A DNA stretch of 64,000 nucleotides from Candidatus Omnitrophota bacterium (GTDB lineage Bacteria; Omnitrophota; Gorgyraeia; Duberdicusellales; Duberdicusellaceae). The translations under genes and the position numbers were made by a program. The notes beneath the pieces are model-generated. The model had not been told where the DNA came from, did no database searches, and worked only from the letters and a program-made list of their open reading frames with translations. This document shows, piece after piece, positions 46,553 to 54,473 of the stretch (the first letter of the stretch is position 1; each line of letters starts with the position of its first letter). The stretch is taken from assembly GCA_016932855.1 (NCBI GenBank), contig JAFGCB010000064.1, positions 1,767 through 65,766 of the forward strand. The letters are read 5' to 3'.

Positions 46553-48526
46553 ATGAAAAATATTGACGGTCCTGGTCTAGTTTCCGTAATTATCCCTTGC
46601 CGTAATGAGGAAAATTACATTGCCAAGTGTCTTGATTCTCTGGTAGATCAGGATTACCCTAAAGATAAGCTGGAGGTTTTGGTTGTTGACGGAATGAGCC
46701 TAGATTCTACGCGGCAAATCGTTTCAGAATACTCTGCAAAGCACCCCTTCATACGCATACTTGATAATCCGGATAAAATAACTCCTTTTGCCATGAATAG
46801 AGGTATTCATCATGCTAAAGGCGATATCATTATGAAAGTTGATGCTCATACTGTTTATGACCCAAGATACATTTCGAATTCAGTAAGGTATCTTCATGGA
46901 TTTAAGTCTGATAATGTGGGTGGCGTTCTTAAGCCTATATTTGATCACAAAACTCTTATAGCTCGAGCCATTGGTCTTTCTATTTCTTCTCCTTTTGGGG
47001 TAGGTAATTCTTATTTTCGTATTGGAAGCAAAAAGCCCCGCTGGGTGGATACTGTTGCCTTCGGCTGTTACCGTAAGAAAATCTTTGATAAAATCGGCTT
47101 TTATAATGAGAAGCTTGTTCGGGGTCAAGATATCGAACTTAACTTACGTTTGCAAAGAGCAGGCGGAAGAATTCTTCTTCATCCCGATATTGTAGGTTTT
47201 TATTATCCTCCTTCTAAATTGATTGTTTTTTTAAGGCATAGTTTTCGCAACGGCCTCTGGGCGATCTTACCGTTCAAGTATACTGATGCTTTGCCGGTAA
47301 GACTTCGGCACTTGGTTCCTTTGGTATTTGTTTTAAGTCTTTTTGGTGCTTTATTTTTCTCAGTTTTGCATATTAGTTTTTTGTGGCTAGTTTTGGGGAT
47401 AGTTCTTTTGTACGGTATCACCAGCCTTTATTTCTCGCTCCAGATAGCCCGTAAGGAAAAAGATAGCAGTCTTTTGTTGATTCTACCCTTTATCTTTTTC
47501 CTTTTCCATGTTAGCTACGGCGTAGGCTCGCTTCTGGGGGTATTGCAGTGCGTATTTGTTCTGAATTTCTGGAAAAAAATGCTTCAGATGTATTTTCGGT
47601 ATGCTTCGAGATTACATATAGGTCCGGTGGTTAAAAAGATAATAAAGGAAATAAAAAACGGATGGAAAAAGCAAGAATGGTGGAGCTTTAGGCTTCCTAG
47701 TCTATTCGTAAGAGGAGTTTTCCATTATCTAATAAGAGAAAAAAACGAAGGCATCTATGTTATGGATGAAGATTGGGATAATCTTTTAATTTTGGATGCC
47801 TGTAGATTTGATTTATTTACTCAGACTAATTGGATCGAGGGCGTATTAGAGAAAAAAATATCCCGGGGCAGCCATACCTGGATGTTTTTGCGGGAAAACT
47901 TTACCGGCTTTTATCCCGATACTATCTATGTTTCATCGAATCCTTTCATCTGGGAGTTCAGGTACTCTTTTTATAAAACGGTTTACATTGCTCCGGAAGA
48001 AGAAATAGAAAAATACGGGACAGTCTTGCCGGAAACAGTAAACAAGGCAGCCCTAGAGGTGCATAGGCTTCATCCTAACAAGCGCTTGATTGTGCATTAT
48101 TTGCAGCCCCATGATCCTTTCATAGGCAAGATTCAGATAGAAGAGGTGAAAAACAAGGATATAAGTCCTTTTTATCTTTTTGCCCGGGGTAAAATAAAGA
48201 AATCCCTTCTCTGGCAGGCTTATCAGGATAATCTTAAGAGGGTCTTGCCTTTGGTAGAGGAGTTGACAGAAGCACTTTCCGGAAAGACAGTCATAACTTC
48301 TGACCACGGTGAATCATTCGGTTCAAAGGTGCGGATATTTCCGGTTAGGATTTACGGTCACTCCGGGCCGCGAATTAAAGACCTTATTGAGATTCCTTGG
48401 TTTGTGATTGATAAGGGCCCCCGAAAGAAAATTGAAGTCGAGATAGAACAGCTTTTTCCGGTGGAAGAGGTTGCTGTCGATGAGAGCAAAATCAGAGAGC
48501 ACTTAAGAACTTTAGGTTATATTTAA
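46553..48526 (+). CDS. fusion: GT2 family glycosyltransferase / TM segment / alkaline-phosphatase-superfamily (NPP- or PglZ-like) domain
   Basis: N-terminal GT2 motifs (VSVIIPCRNEE…, DxD in LVVDGMSLD, …KVDAHT…). Central hydrophobic helices at roughly 240-330 aa. The C-terminal ~300 aa carry LLILDACRFDLF (NPP-like D-x-x-R-x-D), HYLQPHDPF and SDHGESFG (DHG) motifs of the alkaline phosphatase clan. Confidence 0.5.
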   Translation: MKNIDGPGLVSVIIPCRNEENYIAKCLDSLVDQDYPKDKLEVLVVDGMSLDSTRQIVSEYSAKHPFIRILDNPDKITPFAMNRGIHHAKGDIIMKVDAHTVYDPRYISNSVRYLHGFKSDNVGGVLKPIFDHKTLIARAIGLSISSPFGVGNSYFRIGSKKPRWVDTVAFGCYRKKIFDKIGFYNEKLVRGQDIELNLRLQRAGGRILLHPDIVGFYYPPSKLIVFLRHSFRNGLWAILPFKYTDALPVRLRHLVPLVFVLSLFGALFFSVLHISFLWLVLGIVLLYGITSLYFSLQIARKEKDSSLLLILPFIFFLFHVSYGVGSLLGVLQCVFVLNFWKKMLQMYFRYASRLHIGPVVKKIIKEIKNGWKKQEWWSFRLPSLFVRGVFHYLIREKNEGIYVMDEDWDNLLILDACRFDLFTQTNWIEGVLEKKISRGSHTWMFLRENFTGFYPDTIYVSSNPFIWEFRYSFYKTVYIAPEEEIEKYGTVLPETVNKAALEVHRLHPNKRLIVHYLQPHDPFIGKIQIEEVKNKDISPFYLFARGKIKKSLLWQAYQDNLKRVLPLVEELTEALSGKTVITSDHGESFGSKVRIFPVRIYGHSGPRIKDLIEIPWFVIDKGPRKKIEVEIEQLFPVEEVAVDESKIREHLRTLGYI

Positions 48527-48530
48527 TAGT

Positions 48531-50081
48531 ATGGGTAACACGATACTTAAAGAAAAGCTTGTTGAGGAGATTAGCGTTGTCCGCGGTACCTTTTACGGTT
48601 CAATGGGGGTGGCTTCAAGGATTATCTTTCTTTTTCTTGCTAATTTGATTCTGGCCAGAAGCTTAGGCCCGGCTTCTTACGGGGTATTATCCTTGGTTTT
48701 CCTTATCGTAACTTTAGGAAACGCTATAGTGATAATGGGCTTGGACAGAGGGTTAAGCAGGTTTATCGGGAGATTCCGGGCAGATAACCAAAAAGATGCA
48801 TTAGCTCATACCGTAAAATCCGGCATAGTCTTAAGCGGAGGCCTTTCTATTCTTTTTTCCTTACTTTTATTTATTTTTTCTTCAGGTCTTGCTGCAGTAT
48901 TCGGTATGCCGCGGCTTTCCTGGATGCTTAAGATTATTTCTTTTACCTTCTTGCCGGCCGCTTTTATAGAAGTAGTCGGAAGTGTATTCCAGGGCTATGA
49001 AAACATTAAGATTTCCAGAGCTGTTACTTCTTTTATTCCCAGTTTTTTATGGTTTTTTGCCTCCGGCCTATTGGTATTTTTAAGAAAAGCAACGCTTCTA
49101 AATTTTTGTCTATATTATGTAGCTCTTACCTGGCTTAGCGGGATTGTAGCCTTTTATTTTTTAGTCCGTAGTTTTTCCAATCTGTTTCGAGCGGGCGCGT
49201 TACTGCATTCCCTTAAAGAAACGGCCTTTTCTCTGTTTTCTTTTTGTCTTCCTTTGCTTTTATTTAATTTTTTAGCCCTTGCCAGTGTCTATGTAGACAG
49301 TTTTCTTATCGGATATTTTCTAGATGCCTACAAGGTAGGGATTTATCAGGTAGCCTTCAGAATAGCCCGCTTAAGCCCTTTTGTTTTTTTGGGCTTAAGG
49401 GACGTATTCATTCCCCTTATGTCCAGGAATTTAGCTCAGAGAGATTTGGCTTACGAGAGCATTAATGAGACATACGTAAGGGTTGCAAAGTGGGTGTCGG
49501 CTTTGACTTTCTTGATTATCATAACCATTATGGTTTTTTCGGACTTTTTTGTCGGTTGGTTCGGCAAGGAATATTTAGAGAGTTCTTTGGTTTTAAAGAT
49601 ACTCTTAATCGCTTATTTGGTTTACAGTCTTTTTGGCCCGACCGAAGCGATGAATATTGCCTTAGGAAGCACGCGATTTGTGGCCGGATATACCTTACTT
49701 AGTGCGGTGACAGCAGCTGTTCTTAATTGGATTATAATACCTCGTTTCGGTATTATCGGCGCCTCATGGGTTGCTGTTGTAAGTATAGCTGTTATGAAAT
49801 TAGTAGCCTTTATAAAGCTTTATAAAATTAACCGGATAATACTTTTTAAAGCCTCATATACTAGCTTTATCGTAGTTTCCTTTTTTGGAGGGTTATTGTT
49901 TGGCTTTTCCATATTCCGCTTTATAAATACCGGCTTATATGGCATACTTTTATTTATTCCTTGTTTTGCCGTCTTTGAGGTATTTACGCTAAAGAAGCTG
50001 GGGTTAATAGATCAGAAAGATTTGGCGCTTCTTAAGCTTATTTTTATAAAAGGCAAATCTTTTTTTGCCGGCGTTTCCTAA
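48531..50081 (+). CDS. MOP-superfamily polysaccharide flippase (Wzx/MATE-like), paralog 2
   Basis: ~516 aa, hydrophobic throughout with ~12-14 TM segments. Confidence 0.55.
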   Translation: MGNTILKEKLVEEISVVRGTFYGSMGVASRIIFLFLANLILARSLGPASYGVLSLVFLIVTLGNAIVIMGLDRGLSRFIGRFRADNQKDALAHTVKSGIVLSGGLSILFSLLLFIFSSGLAAVFGMPRLSWMLKIISFTFLPAAFIEVVGSVFQGYENIKISRAVTSFIPSFLWFFASGLLVFLRKATLLNFCLYYVALTWLSGIVAFYFLVRSFSNLFRAGALLHSLKETAFSLFSFCLPLLLFNFLALASVYVDSFLIGYFLDAYKVGIYQVAFRIARLSPFVFLGLRDVFIPLMSRNLAQRDLAYESINETYVRVAKWVSALTFLIIITIMVFSDFFVGWFGKEYLESSLVLKILLIAYLVYSLFGPTEAMNIALGSTRFVAGYTLLSAVTAAVLNWIIIPRFGIIGASWVAVVSIAVMKLVAFIKLYKINRIILFKASYTSFIVVSFFGGLLFGFSIFRFINTGLYGILLFIPCFAVFEVFTLKKLGLIDQKDLALLKLIFIKGKSFFAGVS

Positions 50082-50381
50082 AGGTTAGCGGCCGTTATTT
50101 AAGAAGAGTAAATTTCCGTAGATTTTTCAATAAAATCAAGATAAAATACGACAATATCGGTAATGCCAAAGCTTGCATGAAAGGATGAGAGATAAATCAT
50201 TGATTTTAAAGGACTATTTTTCATGCAAGGGGGGAGGAAATTCAACCCCCAAAATTGCAATTCAAAATTTAAAATTTTGGATTTTAACTTGAACTTTTTA
50301 CTTTTGCCTTTTGAATTTTGACTTACTTAAGTATAGGGTTAAGACTTTGACAATACGATAATAGCTAAAGGGGCCGATTTC

Positions 50382-50996
50382 ATGCTTAAGCGTTTATTTG
50401 ATATTATTTTTTCTCTGACAGGGCTCATCCTTACCTTCCCTTTGTTTCTTATTGTGGCTATATTTATAAAATTGGAGGATAAAGGCCCGGTTTTTTATCC
50501 CGGGATAAGGGTAGGAAAAGGAGGTAAGCATTTTAAGATGTTTAAATTTCGGACCATGGTGGTAAATGCCGATAAAATAGGGGGCCCTTCAACTGCTGAT
50601 GATGATCCCAGGCTTACCAGAGTGGGAAGACTTATCCGCAAATTCAAATTGGATGAAATCCCTCAGCTTATAAATGTTTTTTTAGGCCAGATGAGTTTTG
50701 TAGGACCCCGGCCGGAAGTTCCTTTTTATGTAGATATGTTTACCCAAGAGGAACGTAAGATTTTGAATGTCCGGCCCGGTATTACTGATTGGGCTTGTCT
50801 TTGGAATCCTGACGAAGGAGCGATTTTGGCCGGAAGTCCTGACCCGGAAAAGGCCTATATGGAGAAAATAAGGCCGACAAAGATTAAGCTTCAATTAAAA
50901 TATGTAAACGAGCATTCTTTTTTTACTGATTTAAAGATAATGTTTTTAACTTTAAAAACCATCATAACTAAACAGAAGACGGAAGTTGAAGTCTAA
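50382..50996 (+). CDS. initiating polyprenyl-phosphate phosphoglycosyltransferase (bacterial sugar transferase, PglC/WbaP C-terminal-domain type)
   Basis: ~204 aa with a single N-terminal TM helix. KRLFDIIFSL…, PGITDWA and …VGPRPE… motifs are diagnostic of the small monotopic PGT family. Confidence 0.75.
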   Translation: MLKRLFDIIFSLTGLILTFPLFLIVAIFIKLEDKGPVFYPGIRVGKGGKHFKMFKFRTMVVNADKIGGPSTADDDPRLTRVGRLIRKFKLDEIPQLINVFLGQMSFVGPRPEVPFYVDMFTQEERKILNVRPGITDWACLWNPDEGAILAGSPDPEKAYMEKIRPTKIKLQLKYVNEHSFFTDLKIMFLTLKTIITKQKTEVEV

Positions 50997-51046
50997 TGGT
51001 AATTAATTTCAAAATTCCAAACTCAAATACTACCAATACTACCAAA

Positions 51047-51087
51047 CAAATCCCAAACCCCAACAGGTTTTGGATTTGGGATTTTGA
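51047..51087 (+). repeat. second, imperfect copy of the ~40-nt caaatcccaaa(c/t)ccc-aac(a/g)gg-ttttggatttgggatttg hairpin element
   Basis: Near-identical to the 52157-52194 element. It lies in the 145-bp gap between the phosphoglycosyltransferase and E1-alpha genes and is followed by further gggatttgg/ggattttggattt reiterations up to ~51120. Confidence 0.4.
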
Positions 51088-51141
51088 ACTTGGGATTTGG
51101 TAGCATTTGGATTTTGGATTTAAGTCCTAGGGGATAGATGT

Positions 51142-52155
51142 ATGAGCATAATAGAATCTTGTTCCAAGCCGATTAATAAAGACTCAATAAAAGGCATTAG
51201 CCCTAAGCAGTTAGTTTCTATGTACGAAATGATGCTCAAGATTCGCCTTGTTGAGGATTACATAGGCCGGATGGTCGCTAGACGCGAGGTCAAGACGCCC
51301 TGTCATCTTTATCTAGGGCAGGAAGCGGTTGCCGTAGGTGTATGCGCCCATCTTAAGAAAGACGATTTTGTTTTTAGTACCCATCGTTCCCATGGCCATT
51401 ACTTGGCTAAGGGCGGGGATTTAAAGTCTCTTATGGCTGAGATTTTCGGGAAAGCTACCGGCTGTTGCCGGGGCAGGGGCGGCTCTATGCATATAGCCCA
51501 GCCGTCACTCGGTCTTCCCGGAAGTTCGGCAATAGTCGGCGGAACCATTCCCCTTGCGGTAGGCGCGGGCTTAGGGATTTCGTTGAAAAGTAGGCCTAAT
51601 GTTGCGGTTGCTTTTTTCGGTGACGGAGCCACCAACGAAGGCATTTTCTATGAATCTCTTAACTTCGCACGTTTAAAGAATTTGCCGGTTATCTTTATCT
51701 GCGAAAATAATTTTTATTCTACTCATATGCATATTTCAAAGATTCAGGCGGTTTCCCAGCTTTATAAGATAGGAGAGTTATTTGATATCCCCTCTTTTCA
51801 GGTAAACGGCTATAACATTATTGAGGTATATACTCTTGCTAAGAAAACCATAGAGACGGCTAAAAAAGGCAAGGGGCCTGTATTTGTCGAGGCTTTTACC
51901 TATCGTTGGAGAGGCCATGTCGGGCCTAACTGGGATTTGGATACAAACATCCGGGCGAAAGAGGAAGTCTACTGGTGGGTCAAGAACTGTACTATAAAAA
52001 GACTCGAAAGGCTTTTATTAGGGGAAAAGATACTTAATAGTAAAAAAAGAAAAGATATCTTTAGGAAGCTACATGCTGAAATTCGCCAGGCAATAAAGTT
52101 TGCCAAAGAAAGCCCTTATCCCGATAAAAAGGAACTAAAAGACGTATATGCATAG
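51142..52155 (+). CDS. thiamine-diphosphate-dependent dehydrogenase E1 component, alpha subunit-like
   Basis: ThDP-binding motif GDGATNEG…N and …YRWRGH…; ~337 aa. Confidence 0.7.
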   Translation: MSIIESCSKPINKDSIKGISPKQLVSMYEMMLKIRLVEDYIGRMVARREVKTPCHLYLGQEAVAVGVCAHLKKDDFVFSTHRSHGHYLAKGGDLKSLMAEIFGKATGCCRGRGGSMHIAQPSLGLPGSSAIVGGTIPLAVGAGLGISLKSRPNVAVAFFGDGATNEGIFYESLNFARLKNLPVIFICENNFYSTHMHISKIQAVSQLYKIGELFDIPSFQVNGYNIIEVYTLAKKTIETAKKGKGPVFVEAFTYRWRGHVGPNWDLDTNIRAKEEVYWWVKNCTIKRLERLLLGEKILNSKKRKDIFRKLHAEIRQAIKFAKESPYPDKKELKDVYA

Positions 52156-52156
52156 C

Positions 52157-52194
52157 AAATCCCAAATCCCAACGGGTTTTGGATTTGGGATTTG
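52157..52194 (+). terminator. stem-loop (14-bp perfect stem) immediately 3' of the E1-alpha gene; possible intrinsic terminator/attenuator or RNA-processing site
   Basis: caaatcccaaatcc (52157-52170) pairs perfectly with ggatttgggatttg (52181-52194); the loop is caacgggtttt. There is no clear U-tract, so function is uncertain. Confidence 0.35.
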
Positions 52195-52209
52195 ATAAAT
52201 AGAGTAAAT

Positions 52210-53211
52210 ATGAAAAGAAAACTTACTTACGCAGAAGCTATTAATGAAGCTCTGCATCAATTGATGCAAAAAGATAAAAATGTCATTGTTATCGGTCAGG
52301 GCGTGACCAGTCCCTGGTATGTCGGTGCTACCACGGTCGGTCTTCTTGATAAATTCGGCGAGAAAAGAATTATTGATACTCCGGTATCCGAGAGTGCCAT
52401 AACCGGTGTAGCCGGGGGCTGCAGTCTTACGGGAGCTAGGCCGATACTTGTCCACCCCCGAATGGATTTTATGTATTATGCTTTTGACCAGATTATAAAT
52501 CATATGGCAGGTTGGCATTTTATGTTCGGTGGTAAAGTCAATATGCCTGTAGTCTTCTGGGCGATTATCAATCGGGGAGGAGAACAGGCTGCTCAGCATT
52601 CTCAAGCCTTGCAAGGGCTATTTATGCATATTCCCGGCCTAAAACTGGTTATGCCTTCAACTGCCTACGACGCAAAGGGTCTTTTAGTAAGCGCGGTAGA
52701 GGATAATAGCCCGGTTATGTATATTGATGACAGATGGCTTTATAGCCAAAAAGAGCATGTGCCAGAAGATTTATATAGAGTTTCTATTGGTAAATCGCAA
52801 ATAAGGCGTAAGGGTAAAGATTTAACTATTATTGCCAGCTCTTATATGACTCTTAAGGCCTTAGAAGCCTGTGAAGTTCTTGAAAACGAAGGCATAGAGG
52901 CTGAGGTTATTGATTTAAGAAGCATTAAACCCCTTGATACAGAAACGCTTTGTAAGTCGGTTAAAAAAACCGGCCGGCTGGTGATTGCCGACGGAGGCTG
53001 GAGGACTTGTGGATTAGCCGCGGAGATTTCAGCGCAGATTTCAGAGAAAGTTTTTAATTATTTGAAGAAGCCCATTGTAAGAGTAACTTTGCCTGATGCT
53101 CCTGCGCCGGCAAGTTCTGCCTTAGAGAGGGCTTATTACCCGACAGAAAAGAACATCATCAAAGCCGCCAAATCCCTATGCAATAAAAATTCGGTTCGCC
53201 GAAAAAAATAA
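52210..53211 (+). CDS. E1 component beta subunit-like (transketolase-like pyrimidine-binding + C-terminal domain)
   Basis: …TPVSESAITGVAGG… Pyr domain and C-terminal transketolase_C-like region. The ATG at 52210 was preferred over the TTG-initiated tracked start at 52192, which lies inside a hairpin. Confidence 0.65.
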   Translation: MKRKLTYAEAINEALHQLMQKDKNVIVIGQGVTSPWYVGATTVGLLDKFGEKRIIDTPVSESAITGVAGGCSLTGARPILVHPRMDFMYYAFDQIINHMAGWHFMFGGKVNMPVVFWAIINRGGEQAAQHSQALQGLFMHIPGLKLVMPSTAYDAKGLLVSAVEDNSPVMYIDDRWLYSQKEHVPEDLYRVSIGKSQIRRKGKDLTIIASSYMTLKALEACEVLENEGIEAEVIDLRSIKPLDTETLCKSVKKTGRLVIADGGWRTCGLAAEISAQISEKVFNYLKKPIVRVTLPDAPAPASSALERAYYPTEKNIIKAAKSLCNKNSVRRKK

Positions 53212-53238
53212 ATATAAAAAAAATGCCAAATTTATTTA

Positions 53239-53294
53239 CCCCTACAAGAATCGGCGAAATATAAAATATGTAGGGGCCGGGCTTGCCCCGGCCC
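53239..53294 (+). terminator. nested inverted repeats / GC-rich hairpin downstream of the E1-beta gene
   Basis: cccctaca (53239-53246) pairs with tgtagggg (53269-53276). It overlaps a GC hairpin: gggccggg (53274-53281), loop cttgc, cccggccc (53287-53294), followed by an A/T-rich tract. Confidence 0.35.
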
Positions 53295-53317
53295 ATTAAA
53301 ACAATAATATTAAATAC

Positions 53318-54433
53318 ATGAAATATAAAGTCCCTTTCGTAAATTACCCCCTTCAATACCGTAACCTAAAAACAGAGATTGATTCTGCTGTCCAGTCTGT
53401 TTTAGAAAGAGGCGATTTAATATTACGTCAGGATGTCGAAGATTTTGAAAAAGACCTGGCTTCTTTTTTAGGAGTAAAATTCGCCGTCGGCCTTGATGAC
53501 GGCACTAACGCCATAATTTTTGCTTTAAAGGCTGCCGGAGTAGGCCCCGGCGATGAAGTAATTACCGTAAGCCACACTTTTGTGGCCTCTGTAGCTTCTA
53601 TTGTTCACTGTGGTGCAACCCCGGTGCTTATAGATGTAAAAGAATACGATTATCTTATGGATATGGATAAATTAGAAAAGGTTATAACTCCCAAGACAAA
53701 GGCAGTTATACCTGTGCATCTTAATGGTCGAGGCTGCGACATGGAAAAATTAATGTTTATAGCAAAAAAACACAATTTAGCTGTTGTTGAGGATACAGCC
53801 CAAGCCTTAGGGGCAAAGTTTAAAGGTAAGATGATAGGTTCTTTTGGCCTAGCTTCAACTTACAGCTTTTATCCGGCAAAAATCTTAGGAGGCGTAGGTG
53901 ACGCAGGAGCCCTTGCTACAAACGATAAAGAGGTTTATGAGCAGGCCATTCTTTTACGCGATCACGGCCAGAAGACTAAGACCGACATAGTCTGCTACGG
54001 CTTTACCGGTCGTTTGGACAATTTACATGCGGCGATCCTGAATGTTAAGTTTAAGCGTCTGCCTGGGTGGATTGAGCGTCGCAGAGAAATTGCCGGGATT
54101 TACCAGGTGGGCCTAAGCGACTTAGATCAAGTTGGTCTTCCGCCGGCCCCGGATAGCGACAGCCGTTTCTTTGATGTTTATCAAAATTATGTTTTGCGGG
54201 CTCAAGAAAGAGATGAGCTTGCTCAGTTTTTGAAAGAAAACGGGGTTGAGATTTTGATAAAAGACCCGGTTGCCCTTCATCATCAAAAAGGCTTAAAGCT
54301 TGAGAAGTTTAAATTACCCGTATCTGAGAAATTGGCTCAAGAGGTGATTTCTCTTCCCATGTATCCTGAGCTTAGCAACGAGCAGGTTCGCTACGCAATA
54401 GATTGCGTTAAGAGGTTTTATTCAAACGGGTAA
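53318..54433 (+). CDS. DegT/DnrJ/EryC1/StrS-family PLP sugar aminotransferase (4th in window)
   Basis: DegT fold; conserved segments …DDGTNAIIFALKAAGVGPGDEVI… and …STYSFYPAKILGGVGDAGAL…. Confidence 0.7.
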   Translation: MKYKVPFVNYPLQYRNLKTEIDSAVQSVLERGDLILRQDVEDFEKDLASFLGVKFAVGLDDGTNAIIFALKAAGVGPGDEVITVSHTFVASVASIVHCGATPVLIDVKEYDYLMDMDKLEKVITPKTKAVIPVHLNGRGCDMEKLMFIAKKHNLAVVEDTAQALGAKFKGKMIGSFGLASTYSFYPAKILGGVGDAGALATNDKEVYEQAILLRDHGQKTKTDIVCYGFTGRLDNLHAAILNVKFKRLPGWIERRREIAGIYQVGLSDLDQVGLPPAPDSDSRFFDVYQNYVLRAQERDELAQFLKENGVEILIKDPVALHHQKGLKLEKFKLPVSEKLAQEVISLPMYPELSNEQVRYAIDCVKRFYSNG

Positions 54434-54473
54434 TATACAACAGGTATTAAATCTTTCCTTAATATAAATAATT

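Noticed and set aside
50997-51141. Possible CRISPR-like or tandem-repeat array in the gggatttgg/ggattttggattt-rich gap
   Set aside because: Only 2-3 short, imperfect reiterations without regular spacers and no cas genes. It is better explained as a hairpin/REP-like element (reported separately).
52192-52209. TTG-initiated 5' extension of the E1-beta ORF
   Set aside because: The extension lies within the 3' arm of the 14-bp hairpin. The ATG at 52210 gives a normal N-terminus.
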